From the NCBI GenBank assembly GCA_028023455.1, contig JAQFVV010000008.1:12772001-12836000 (forward strand): a stretch of 64,000 bases of DNA. The letters run 5' to 3'. The notes beneath the pieces were generated by a model. It was not told the origin of the DNA. It ran no database searches and saw only the letters and a program-made list of their open reading frames with translations. Each line of letters begins with the position of its first letter. Position 1 is the stretch's first letter. The DNA is from Epiperipatus broadwayi. Lineage: Eukaryota; Animalia; Onychophora. Below are positions 37,021 to 49,549 of this stretch, piece by piece. The position numbers and the translations under genes are program-made.

Positions 37021-37169
37021 ATAAAAGTAGAGGGCAGAAATAGGTTAATAAACTACTTTAATTGAAGAGAGAAAGGTATTGTTAATTTATTTCATTAATA
37101 ATGGTATTAATATATAAGCATTAAATGCACCTCCAAAAAACATGCCATGGTCAGTTAAGATATATATTT

Positions 37170-37260
37170 AATGATATAGCTGGGAATCAAACCCATGATT
37201 CAATCCTTGATATTTCAGGTTAAGCTTTAGCTTGAAGTTCTCTAGTCTATTCACACATGC
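37170..37260 (-). mobile_element. Possible tRNA-derived SINE head
   Basis: Minus strand carries a B-box-like GGGTTTGATTCCC about 70 nt downstream of a GGCATGTG start. The A box is poorly conserved. Confidence 0.35.
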
Positions 37261-38041
37261 CTTGTTTTACAGTGTGATAATATTCCATCTATGCATTCTT
37301 ATACTTACATAAATATTATTATAAGATATATTTTTTCTCTTTTGCAGGAGGAAAATCTTGATTATTGTAATATATAGATTAAACTAAAATAATGAGCATG
37401 CTAATAGCTCTACAAGCTTTATCTTAAATGCTGCAGAAGCATTTAAAATCTCTATCTAGACACTATCCCCATCAACAAACTGGTTTATTGGTTATCCTAT
37501 CATGTGATATGTGACTCATTTATATATATATATGACATAAATTTAATTAATACCAGCTATAAAATTTTTATAAACTTTTAGGCAGCAGTATTTCTGTCAA
37601 TAATCGATGTTAACAGTGGAATGAGAAAATTGTGAGATTCCAGCAAACACAAAAACACAATTTCTATTTGTTTTCAATTACAACACTCAATTTATATTAA
37701 AGTTTGAATATAATTTTAGCAGCTATTTAATTAAAGCTTCCTTCATATCAGCTTAATGTTAAAAAGCAAGGCAGACTTTTTAATCAAATATTTTTAATTA
37801 ACATATTTTAAAATTATTACAGATGTATGTAGTTTTTAATTTTATATACATAAATGTTGCATTTCTTTAATCTTCAGTTGAATCCAAAAAATATAAGCAC
37901 TGATTTAGTCAGTGGACACTAGATAGCAATGCCAAAAGACTCCAACAATAATGACGTAATATGTAGAGAAAATATTATATGTACATAATTATAAGGGGGG
38001 GGGGGGATTAAGACAGATAGATAAGTTGGTTAGAAAAAAAA

Positions 38042-38430
38042 GTGATAAGTAAAATATATAAAAAAAGGAAGCGCTATGTAAAATATATATGTTTAAAATA
38101 TAGTCTAGAATTGTTTAAAAATAAAATATGTGTAAAATATAAAGAAGAGTATGGTAATACTAGAGACAGATTATATATTGCTGAAAAAGAGCTTTATATG
38201 ATCAAGGAAAGAAGACAAAAATGGAATAAATGATTTGGATTATGAATGCAATTTATGTGGAGATAATAGGGAGAATATTGAACATTTATTTTTTGGAATA
38301 TAGGATGTTGAAAGAGAATCAGAACAGATTCCAGGAAATGGGAGAAATTTAAAAATTAAAAAAATAATTAAAAATATGTAAATCTTATAATTTTTTGATT
38401 AGATCTTTGTAATAAAAATGAAGAATATGA
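38042..38430 (+). pseudogene. 3' fragment of a LINE (C-terminal CCHC finger)
   Basis: CNLCGDNRENIEHLF remnant at ~38270-38295, preceded by YSLELFKNK-like sequence resembling the LINE at 39.1-39.3 kb. Confidence 0.6.
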
Positions 38431-38587
38431 TAGGATAGAGCAGTGTAAAAAAAAAAATAGAAAAAAAAGTTATAATTGGAATAATAATTTGATAATGAAT
38501 AAATAGTAATTGTGGATATAAAATAATTTCAGAGAGAAAATTTAATTTGGCTAATAGAGATTTTGAGCATGTCATATATACGGAAAC

Positions 38588-38648
38588 ATTACCTAAGGTG
38601 AAGTCAGTTTACGTCACTATTACCTAAGGTGAAGTCAGTTTACGTCAC
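38588..38648 (+). repeat. Exact tandem duplication with a 31-bp period
   Basis: attacctaaggtgaagtcagtttacgtcac(t) occurs twice. Each copy contains a CRE-like TACGTCA. Confidence 0.9.
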
Positions 38649-38699
38649 ACCTCCTGTATCTAGATAATTGTTTCTTTTTTCTCCGTAAACACAATTAAT

Positions 38700-41600
38700 C
38701 AAAAAAGTAATGCAAATTGATGTGATGCACTGTGACTTCTCCTTATACAGAGTCAGGAATCTTTCAGCAACTATGCCCAGAGAAATCTGTTAGCCACTTT
38801 AACTTCCCTTTCCATTCCCTGCCCTAAGTTTTCTCATATTCTTCTCTATCCTTTTCCATCCCATTGCCATAACATAATCTTTGTCAACCCCATGGCCTTT
38901 ATAGATAAATCCCCCTTTTCCCAAACCCAGCATAAAAACCAATAACATGCTTTCAGTATAATCACTTTGTTTATATTTATTCTTCCACAATTTCATTATT
39001 TGAACTCTTTCTGCTTTCAGAGATTTACATTCAATTAACAGATGCCTAATTTTTTTTATTCTTCCTTACAGAACTTGCAGACTAAATCACCCACATTTTT
39101 CCATTTATGTGTATATTTCTTTGTTACTAAAGATCCTGTTCGAGCCTTAAAAAGTAAACTACTTTCCTTGCTATTATCATAAATTAACTCGCACCCAATA
39201 TTCTGTTTACTTCTATATATATTTAAACTCTTTTTACTCTCCATACTAGTTCTCCATCTCTCCAACTCCCTATTCTTTATTAATGCATCTATTCTTCTAT
39301 CCCATTCCTTAACACTATAACACTCAACAATTCTCCTAACACAATCATCCCACCTTTTGTATAAGTATACTGACATAAATTCTTTATCCAAATCTTCTGC
39401 ATATTGCATTACCTTTCTCACCCATCTTGTTGCCTGTCCTTTATTCATAACTCAATTAAATACTATTTTGGCTATTCTTTTATTATCCATAAACTGCAAT
39501 CTACCAAACATTTTCATTTTGCTTTTTGCATCTCTCATATAAAAACTTGCCCCTCCTATTTCTCCTTTGAATTGCCTCCTTTGCTATCCACACATCTGCA
39601 TCTAATGCATGTCTTTCTACTTCTCTTTGTACTTTTTCTAAGTAATCTAATATCCCTTTACTAACACATAACACATCATTACCATATGTTAACCCTGCTA
39701 CTGCCACTCCCTTTCATACAATTCTAGCTACATCATACTTATTATATGAGAACACTGTTAATTTCTTTATCAATCCCTTTCTTTTCTTCATTTATCAATT
39801 TTTTCTCCCATTCATCCAAGCAATTTCTATGATTACTTAAGATGATTCCCAAATAGTTTTATCTATTCACCACACTTAACTTTATATTACCCAATAAAAA
39901 TTCTCTGTCTTCTCTTTCCCCAATATTAATCATCATTACTTTTGATTTTTCTTCACTAAATTTAATCTTCATCTCTTCATCCACCTTTGTGCATGTCCTC
40001 AGCATAACTTCCATATCTTCCCTTCTTTCTGCACACAAAAAGACATCCTCCTCAAATAAAAGACCTGACAATGTATATACTCCCTTGTTTCAACTATTAA
40101 TGGTATCTCTACCCAACTTCCTAGTCTTTCTATTGCTCTCTCCATTTCTCTCAAATACAACAAAAACAAAATAGGTGATATAGAGCATCTTTGCCTTAGT
40201 CCCAATCCATTTTTAACTTTAACTGATTCTATATTCCCTAGTTGATACATATAGTAATTATTTTCATATAATTTCTTAATAATATCCACTAAAGCTCCAT
40301 CCATTCCCAAATTTATTAAACTTACCCATAATCTATTTCTATTTACTCTATCATACACCTTTTCTATATCTATAAAAATCATATATAACCATCTAACCTG
40401 TATTCCTACTCAATATCCATAAGTTGTGTGACATTTCTCCCACAATATTATTTTCTTCCATCCATTTTGCAACTCTTCCAGCCACCATATATGAGAAAAC
40501 TTTATATAGCACTGATGTTACCACTATCAGTCTATAATTAACTTTCTACGATCCTTACCCTTTCCTTTAAATAGTAGCCTTACTCTTGTATTATTCCAAA
40601 CTACTCAGAAAATCTCCCTTCTGTGCCATCTTATTAAAACATGATAATAATTTTAATTTTGCCCTATGGCCCAAATTCTTTACTATCTCTGCTGCCCATC
40701 CATCCAAATCTCTTGCCTTTCCACTTTTCAATTTCTTATCTGCCTCACTCAGTTCACTTTCTGTAAACCTAATATTCTCATTAATATATGCTTTCATGTT
40801 TGCTATAACTCTGTCCTTCAGATCTAACATCTTATCTATATCCATTACATACTTATTTAAGATTATCTCTAATTTTTCTCTAGATCTACACTATTCCCTT
40901 ATTAGCTAGTAATACTATTTCTCTCTACCTACATTCTTTCTTTTAATGTATTTCCAAAATTTTTTACTCCCATGTCTTCCACTTTTTATTAATATCCTCC
41001 AACAATTGACTGATTATCTATTTTAGCCAACTTCTTTTTTTCTAAGTACTTTTCCTACTTAGCATTAACATCTTTTTCACTTTCTTTGTTCTTAATAACA
41101 CACTTATATTCTTTGGATGCTTTCCCCCTCTCTTTTATACCTTTACTAACTCTCACTTTCCTAATACTTTTATTCTTCTGAATATTTTCACCTAAAACCT
41201 TATTTGCCACTTTTTCTATTTCACCACACCAGTCCTTATACTCATCCCCAACCAACTCTTCCATGGTTTCTTCAACTTTTATTTTATACTCTTCTAACTT
41301 ATTCTTATCATTCACTCTCCATCCACATTTTTCACTATCCTTTCTACTTTTATTTCTATTTTTCATCACATTAATAACTATTTATATTATAAAGAAGTTA
41401 TGTTCACTACTACATACTCTCTCTTCATTATCAAACATCTTAATTTTCTGTACTTTATTCATTCCCTTTTTCTCTACTAATACATAATCTACTGTGTGGA
41501 ATATATTATTTTTAAACCATGTGTATTGTCCCTCATAAATATTTGAAAAATTTCCAATGCTCAAATTCACTCTCTGACAAAAATTCTTCAAAAGCTGTCC

Positions 41601-43140
41601 ATTCTTATTACCCACATTAATTTCTTCAATATGCCCATTCATATCCCCTATAACCATAATTCTCTTCTTCTTTTCTTTGAAACTCTGTATTTCCTTAACT
41701 AGGCATTCATATATGCTACTGTTCCAGTCTATTATAGTTTGACTATCTCCAGTGACTATTTACACTATAGCCACCACCCATTCTTGTCTTTCTAACTTTA
41801 TCTCAAACCACAAATGTTCTTGACATTTAACAGTATTTAAATATTTTTTTGACATAACTCCTATACCACCATTACTTTTTTTCTTTTTCTTTTCTATTTA
41901 TACTTTGCCATACCAAGTCTTCCAGAAAAGGTTTCTTCTTCTTCCCTTAGATGTGTTTCCACTACTGCTAATACCTCAAGCTCTTCATTTTTAATTGCTT
42001 TATTTAATTCCAGCCACTTTTCTGGTCTTCTACCACCTTGCATATTCAAATATCCAATTTTAACAATTTCTTCTTTCCTAACTAATCTTTTATAAATTCT
42101 TTTGACTCTTTCTTCTCCAATATCTTTATAAATAACTTGCTTACCATTAATTTTACAGATTCATTCCCTCTCCACATCTACATTTATATCTAAATAAGCT
42201 ACTCTTTGATTATTTCTTACATCCAGTCCATTCTTTTTCTTTCTGATGACACTGCCACTTAAAACCCCAATCTCTTTATAAGTTTCCTGAACTATATTTT
42301 TTATAAATCAAACTCCCTAAAACTTCACTTCCTTGTTTTTCTAAGTTCAATCCATTCTTACTATATAAATCCCTCTTTCTAATAAAAAAATCCCACACAT
42401 CCACAAACACACATAATTTTTCTCATACAATTTTTTCAATATCTCATTTATAGAACATACCCTATCTAACATATACCTCTTGTTAAATCTTGGTAATAAT
42501 CCAACTATTCCTCCTTTATTCTTACTCAAATTCCTAATCAATTCTATATACTCATCAATTATTCTCTCTGATGACTCTGACAAATTAATAATCCCTACCA
42601 TAACATACACACCTCTACTCCCTTGCTTCTTTACATTATCTGTAACATCCCTAATTCTAGCTCCAGGCAAACATACTCTTACATATTTGTTTCTATTTTC
42701 CTATATCTCTTCATTCTCTAATTAGTGAATCTCCTATCAATAGTCTCATAGTTTACTTTTTCTACTTCATCCATAACATTCTCTACCATCTTCTGAACTT
42801 CCTTATCTACTTCTTTTTTATCATTACTACTCAATAATTCTTCATCTGCTCACACTTCGTCTGTAATGATTTTAATTTTGGTTCTACATCTTTTACCTCT
42901 TCCTCCATCTTACTTATTTTTTGGCTAACCATCTCCATTGCATTACTAATTTTTCCACTCATAACTCCTGTCACTCCACTAAAACCATACTCTATCCTAT
43001 TTTCCTCAATTACTTTTTGCTCCATTTCTCCTGACTTTCTTTTTAAACTATATACGCTTAGAAACCACTTTTTCACTTCTTTTTATCACATTTACACACT
43101 TTCTACATAACCATAAACCTGTTACATCTTTCCTAGTCTT
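38700..43140 (-). mobile_element. Near full-length degraded RTEX-like LINE (esterase ORF1; APE-RT-CCHC ORF2)
   Basis: ORF1 PGARIRDV..VMVGIINL (SGNH/esterase-like, 42347-42670). APE VIGDMNGH..TW..TVDYVL..SSEH (41382-41657). RT FIDIEKVYDRV, GLRQRCSISPILF, LLFEEDV (39859-40382). LTYGNDVLC; FKARTGSL..CKFC..HLLIEC. Confidence 0.85.
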
Positions 43141-43330
43141 ATTTAAACATTTCAAGTGATAAACGTCATCACTTACAGTACACTCTACCAAAACATGCCT
43201 AATTTCTTTCTGATCTTATATATGCATTGTGGAATACAAATATGAAAAATCTATTTGCACTGCCAAATTAATGTTTACAGTAAACTATAATTACAAAATA
43301 AATAAATATAAATCAGTAAAACAATCAAAC

Positions 43331-43391
43331 CTGGTAAATATTCTACATTTTTCCAGTTTGCTTATTTTGATGTAGGGCAAAACATTCCATT
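43331..43391 (-). CDS. GTSF1: Candidate GTSF1 exon 2 (61 nt, phase 1 to 2)
   Basis: ttatatttcag| ... ccag|gtttga. Only the phase-1 frame is open, (E)WNVLPYIKISKLEKCRIFT, which is the phase exon 1 requires. Confidence 0.5.
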
Positions 43392-43825
43392 CTGAAATAT
43401 AATTAAGACATAACATATTAAATCAATTTAGTAAATAACCAAAACAACAAAGATTTTACAATTTCGACTTATAAAAAAAGATTAAAAACTAAAGACTTAA
43501 ACTGAATAAAAATATTTAAAAATATATCTATTTGAAAAAATATTTTTAATAAAATATCTAAACCCATATCTATATTTACTTAAATATACATATGGTATGC
43601 ACATAATCTAGATGTAAAAAAATAAAAAAATTTTGATTATTATTTTTAAAATAATTTAATTTTATACAATTATAGTCATTCAACTATTCTAAATATGATA
43701 TTAAAAACAGTTACTGAAGCTTTCTTAATTATCTTTTGTTTGTAAATGAATACACATCTTTTTTTTTGCTCTTTTAAGATGTGTATATCATGATTTTCGT
43801 AAATATTCTTACTTAAAAGCAATAA

Positions 43826-43994
43826 TATATGCGGGTTCGAACTCAGCCTTTCACACGACCCACCACACATGTGTGTGATCAGGTGGGTCAGCAATATGAG
43901 ATGGCACTGAGAGTGGTGGTGGGTCGTGTGAAAGTCTGAGTTTGAACCCGCATATATTACATATATAAATGCAGGTTTAAGCCTGTACAATGTA
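43826..43994. mobile_element. Short fold-back PLE-like insertion (family A-related)
   Basis: Inverted arms gcgggttcgaactcagcctttcacacgacccaccac and gtggtgggtcgtgtgaaagtctgagtttgaacccgc. 13-bp TSD ttaaaagcaataa (43813-43825, 43995-44007). Confidence 0.8.
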
Positions 43995-44094
43995 TTAAAA
44001 GCAATAACAAAAATTACAAAACTTTCTTTTATGTTTCTGACAATAAATTCAGATACTTAATACATTCTTTTTTTGAATATTCATAATCTTAACT

Positions 44095-44530
44095 TTAAAA
44101 CAGGCAAAACTATTCATACAATAGTGCCACCCAATGCAAGCCAGAGTAATCAAGGGATGCCAGAAGGGTTGGGCATAAAATCCCTATCTAGTGCCTACTC
44201 ATCCAATATCCACAGACTAGTTTCTAGCTTGTGGCTTTCATCAGTGAGAAACATTGGATCCGAGAGCATTGCATCTAGATCTTAGGATCTAATGCAACTC
44301 TCCAGCAGCCAGCTTTGATCTCTAGTTAACTACAAACTTATGAGTGTAAAGGTGAAAACCTAATAATGTTTTCAATCCAAGCTTATTAGCTTATATAGCA
44401 TATAGGTCTGAACTTAAGATTCCATTGATTACTCTGGCTTGCACTGATTGGCACTACTGTATGGAGAGTTTTGCCTGTTTTAACAGCTTGAGCAAGCAGA
44501 AGAAATGGTAATCATGTAATGTTTAGTGGT
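44095..44530. repeat. Inverted-repeat copy of the segment shared with 14684-14740 and 20005-20130
   Basis: gtgccacccaatgcaagccagagtaatcaa (~44125-44155) is the inverse of ttgattactctggcttgcactgattggcac (~44425-44455). Confidence 0.65.
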
Positions 44531-44664
44531 TTAATCTTAACCTTCCAAAAAAATTATTCTGACAATATCTTTTGTAATCCTAGTTTTGAATAAGCAGAGA
44601 GATTCAAATGTTTAATTCTGGGATACATAACTTACAAAGATAGGTTCCCATTTTCTTTCTAAAC

Positions 44665-46260
44665 CAGAGCTTCTCAAACTGGAAGCTGCAACCTCTTGGG
44701 TAGTCACTGACCTTGTCAAGAGGAACCATGAAAATACATTTCAAATTTTTAAATTAATTAGATTTATTTTTATATACAAATATATTTTTAAAATTCTAAA
44801 GTGAAAATGCACACATTATCTTATGTAGTGCAATCTAATTATGACTGATTATTTTACAAATTCATATAGTCCAGCACTATAAATACTGGGTAATTTCTTT
44901 ATTTGTGCAATTTATTAGTTTTATCTTTGGAATGAATATTATTGGTATTAATGTGTTTAATAATTCTTCATTAAAAATTTAGCCCCGAAATGGCTAATAA
45001 ATGTACATTGTATTTGTAGATGTCAGCCAGTCAAAGGTAATGGACACAACAAAGAATCTAAATTACAAGTGACAGGATCTCATATTTTACCAGAACTGTA
45101 CATATCATTTTCAACACTAGGTGGCAAGAGGCAGAAAATATCATATGGAAATAAGTCATGAAAATGATCCATATTATTTGAAGTTTGAATTTGTGCCTTC
45201 ATATAATGATCCATACAAGCCTACATATGTAATCTGCTAGAAATAATTGTCAAATGATGTAAGACTTGGAAAACTTAATTGCCATTTATATACTGTGAAT
45301 AATGAATTTAAAACTAAAATAGTTTAATTTTTTGAAAAAAAGGTTGAAGACTTAAAATGTCAAATTAAGTTTTTTTCAAAATTGATTTATTAATTACTAA
45401 AACAAATATACACACAAATGCTTACAATTCACAAAGACTTAGTTTCACAAGCAGCAATAAAGATTTGTGAAACTATCTGCAATGTATAGCCAATGACACA
45501 AAAGAAAAATAGATAGCACACATGACAATACCATGTCTATGTTATTGTCATCAATAAAACAAAGTATCATATTTGTCATACAACTTGGTGATATAAATAA
45601 ACCTGCTGCTTTGTAGAAATTTCTCTGGAGCAACTAAGAAAGAGATATTTGAAAAGGTGAATATTTTTTTGTATGTATAGAAAATGAGCTTGAATGGCAA
45701 GAATGCATGGGGTTTGTACAGATGAAGATTCAGCCATGATTGGAAAGATTTCAGGGGTCACAGGAGAATTTAAAAAGGTTTGTCTAAATTCAAGACATGT
45801 TAATTGCATTATCCACGGAAAAAAGTTGGATATTTTGATATATGTAAGAATTGTTTAGTAAAGTATTATCAGAAGTTTCAAATAGAATATTTTTCTGCAA
45901 GAAAAATTATCAATATGTTAACACTAAACACAAAATTGCAAGCATTTGAAAATAAACTTTATGCATGATTAAAAAGTTTTAGTGATAATAATGCAGAAAA
46001 ATTTGCACTTCTCCATGAATTTTTTGAAGAAAATAACATTATATTATCAGCAGAAAGTAAAAGAATAATACTGTAATTAGCCACATTAAAATTCAATATT
46101 TTTTTTTTTAAAAATATGTTCTTAGTTTAAATGAAAATAAAAATCATAACTGGATAAGAATGTTATTTGGTCCATCCCTACAATTTGAACTCTCCCATGA
46201 TCATCTAAAGAATAATTGACTTGAGAAAAGATTTAATCCATGAATCAGTATTTTATAATA
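44665..46260 (+). mobile_element. hAT (Charlie/Buster-like) transposon relic with left TIR
   Basis: TIR CAGAGCTTCTCAAACT preceded by ttctaaac. Transposase remnant LEWQECMGFCTDEDSAMIGKISGV..HVNCIIH (CTDGA..M.G / HC.IH motifs) at ~45685-45818; WIR at ~46150. Confidence 0.8.
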
Positions 46261-46289
46261 CACATTTGTAAATTATATTTATCTTGTTT

Positions 46290-47840
46290 ATTATTTTTTT
46301 AAACAGCTACATTACTATTGCATTCTTCCAATCATCTGCTACATCTTTATCATTTAATATACAATTTTGTCAATTTTTCTATTTCTTCATTTGCTTCTGT
46401 TAAAATATTAATAATAATTCCGCTATTTCTTGCAGCTTTTTTTTTCTTCACAAATTTAATTGCCCACCTTATGTATTACTTCATTTAAAATACTTGGCAA
46501 TATAGAAGATGGAGTAACTGTATTAGTAGTTACTTTATTTTCTTGTTCTTTATTACTATATAATAACTCCTTATAGAACTTTTCCACACATTTCATAATG
46601 TTATTTTTCTTTTTAATCATAGTTCCATTTCTTCTTCTTATTGCTGCAACATTTCTTCTGATACCAAAATGTTTTATAGTTTTGAAACTTTTACTCACTT
46701 TATAGCTTTTCTTGCCAATTCACATTTATATTTTCTTCTATCATTATTAACTCCTTTCAAAATTTTTTTACAGAACTCCAAATATTCAATTCTTATTAAT
46801 GAATTATTTATAAATATTTTCACATTCTTTTTTTTTTTTCGCACATTATATTGTCTCACTTGATAATTTACTAGTGAATTTACTTCTTTTTTATATCAGA
46901 TATCTTTATTTCAGTTCTTAATATAGCATGAATTATTTTCTTAATGATTTCATTCAAATCTGAACCATTTTTAAAATCTATCAATATTTTTAAATGATTT
47001 TGCAAGTTCTCATTTAAATTATTTGGAATGCTTCTGAAGAATATACTATTAATACTGTCTTTTAAAATTATTTTCAATTTTCTAGTTTCACATTGAAAAG
47101 TATCTTACATCTCACTAATTGATACTCATTTCTTGTATTAAATTTATTAGGAACACTACAATCTTGAAAAACATAATTTCTGTTAATCTAAACATAATCC
47201 AATTTTTCTGTTCCTTCATTTGGATATTTCCATATCCATTTACATTTTTCTTACACTATTTTTCTTTTTCTGCAAATCCTATAAGTCTATAATCTCTCCC
47301 ATTTCCATCACATAACCAAATTTAGCTACAGAACTTTTATGTTTCATTTACTTTCCAATTCTAGCATTAAAGTCTAACATGATAATTTTAAAAATATTAT
47401 TTGGTATGGCCAAAAGCATATATAAAAATCCTCTATTTCTTCATCACATTGAGAATTTATTGGGGCATAAACTTGAATTATTTGACTTAGGTATCTTCCA
47501 TTTAATTGAATAACTAATCTTACCACTGTATCTGATATAGCATCAGTCTTCTCAATATTGTTCTTCCAATTTTTATTTATAATGAACTCCATTCCACTTT
47601 TGCTTTTAATATTTATGACTTTGTAGTAAAGTACACATTTACTCTTCATAATATTTGTCTCTTTACCTTTTTTCCTAACATCATAAAGCCTAACAATGTC
47701 CCATTTAATATTAGCTAAGTGTACTTCCATATCATGTAATCGTCTTTCATGTTCTAAAATGAAGGGAGAACTAAATACTCTAAAAATATTCTCCAGTCTG
47801 TAATCCACTAATACAATGAAGTTTTGATTCATGATTCCCT
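46290..47840 (-). pseudogene. RTE-clade LINE ORF N-terminal part (APE and linker)
   Basis: ORF 47374-47832 IKWDIVRL..V..IIQVYAP..DEEIEDFY. 46456-46698 IRRRNG..IMKCVEKFYKELLY. DDWKNAIV at ~46320. Confidence 0.8.
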
Positions 47841-48461
47841 GAAGTAGTTATCTACTGGGGAAAAAATATTTCTCATGCATAAAAAGTCAATTCATTTTTC
47901 AAGATTATAACTATATAACTTATCATAAGCTATAAGTTATTTAAATGTAAAAATACAAAAGACTTAAACCCTACCAAGTTCTTTACATAATTTTATTTAT
48001 AACTATTAAAAACATAAAAGAAAAGCAGGATAAGAGTCTTCCCATAATTTATGCAATTTTTATTATAATAGCAAATTCTTAGAATAGATAATAGTCTAAA
48101 AAATACTTCTTATACATTCCTACTACATTAAGAACATTGATTCATCTCTTTTCATTCTTTTTACAGAACAAGTGATAATAATCATTAAATAGTCTGTAAA
48201 TTAAATTTCTGATTAATTTGTAATTATTGGTCTTTGGCAATGAGAACAATGAATTACATATATGCACGAAGTAATCACCATTATTTCTTTCATAATATCC
48301 AAGCTAATGATCTGAAAGATTTAAACATTATATAATTTCAAATCTAAGCTAGCTTGTTTGCATAACTATATAATCTCAATTATATAAAAACTATAAGTGC
48401 TTTGACTCTTTGGCATCCATCATTTACTCTAGCTTACAATATCTGGAAGTAGATCAGTGTT

Positions 48462-48566
48462 TTTTTTTTCTCATGTGTCATAGCATCGGCCAGGAAGCGA
48501 ACCTGCTAACCCAGGACAACTGTTTGTTAGGCAGCTGTGCTGACTTCTCGACCATCAATGCTTGAC
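48462..48566 (-). mobile_element. tRNA-Gly(TCC)-derived retroposon with poly(A) tail and 15-bp TSD
   Basis: Minus 48561-48483 GCATTGATGGTCGAGAAGTCAGCACAGCTGCCTAACAAACAGTTGTCCTGGGTT[AGCAGGTT]CGCTTCCTGGCCGATGC aligns with the metazoan tRNA-Gly-TCC consensus as I recall it. It is followed by a short trailer and an A-run. TSD aagtag(a/g)tcagtgtt at 48447-48461 and 48567-48581. Confidence 0.85.
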
Positions 48567-49133
48567 AAGTAGGTCAGTGTTAGACTAGATTATTGCTGAT
48601 ATGAGTCTGCTATGCTTTGTTTATTAAAAACAGATTTTAATAGATTTCAGCCCTTTGGTTTTGTTTTTAAATCTCATAATAGTAAATTTTCATTGAGATT
48701 TATTTTTTAACCATTTACTAAATAAATTAATTCTTAGCTATCCTAATTGATCCATTAAATTTATTACTAAAGATGAGCCCAAGGGTTTTCAAAAATATAA
48801 TGAAGTAGCAACCATTTTGTTAATTTCTTGTTTAGAAGATGTTAATTGTTGCAATTATAATTTTATCTGGCTTAGTTCAATTGCTGCAGAAACTTTAATA
48901 ACATCAATATTTTAAATATAAAAACAAAATTAGTGACTTTTATGATGTTTAATTAACTTATAAATCTTAAATATTAATATCATTTATGTTCTTTTACAAT
49001 GCTTCATATAATTACAACTCACTATTGACAGTTTTGATTTGGAAGTGCAATTAGCAATCTTCTTCAGAACTATAACAAATCCAATACACATACATGAATA
49101 CAAATATACATGAACATATATTTTACATTTTAT

Positions 49134-49173
<40 letters not shown>

Positions 49174-49308
49174 TAGAGAGAAAAAATAAAGCTAACTTTC
49201 ACTTGTACAATTGTTCTGAACTATCTGTGATGTTGAGATAACTATGCACATCATAATTAAACAATATATACAAACAGATACAACAAAATTAAGATTTAAA
49301 ATATATAC

Positions 49309-49549
49309 CTGAGAGAGAAAAGTCTTGTTGAATAAGAATTTTGTCAGGACAGACTGCCATATGATATCTTATTTTTAATTTTGGAATACTATGGCTTCTG
49401 TTGTATGGGCATGCTGCCATCTCAGATACATCATTATCTTCCTGGCATTTAACTAAATGATATTGCAATCTTCTATGAAAAATGACATGACAAGGATCAT
49501 AAGGACAGATTACTTTGTCTTCAGGTTTTGGTGCATTATACAAATACAT
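49309..49549 (-). CDS. GTSF1: Gametocyte-specific factor 1 (GTSF1/Asterix-like) first coding exon with two CHHC U11-48K-type zinc fingers
   Basis: C15-H21-H31-C35 (CPYDPCH..YHLVKC) and C47-H53-H63-C67 (CPYNRSH..YHMAVCPDK), both C-X5-H-X9-H-X3-C. Acceptor (t)12ag at 49557-49558, ATG at 49549, donor cag|gtatat at 49308 (phase 1). Confidence 0.9.

Noticed and set aside
39357-42725. Plus-strand ORFs of 60-107 aa
   Set aside because: They are antisense shadows of the purine-rich LINE coding strand.
43176-43235. Extra GTSF1 exon ending at a minus-strand GTAAGT
   Set aside because: The peptide (KEIRHVLVECT) resembles the LINE C-terminal finger and its phases do not fit the exon chain.
48483-48561. 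Functional tRNA-Val(AAC) gene
   Set aside because: The body is Gly-type, the D arm is damaged, there is an 8-nt insertion at the T arm, and poly(A) plus TSD show retroposition.
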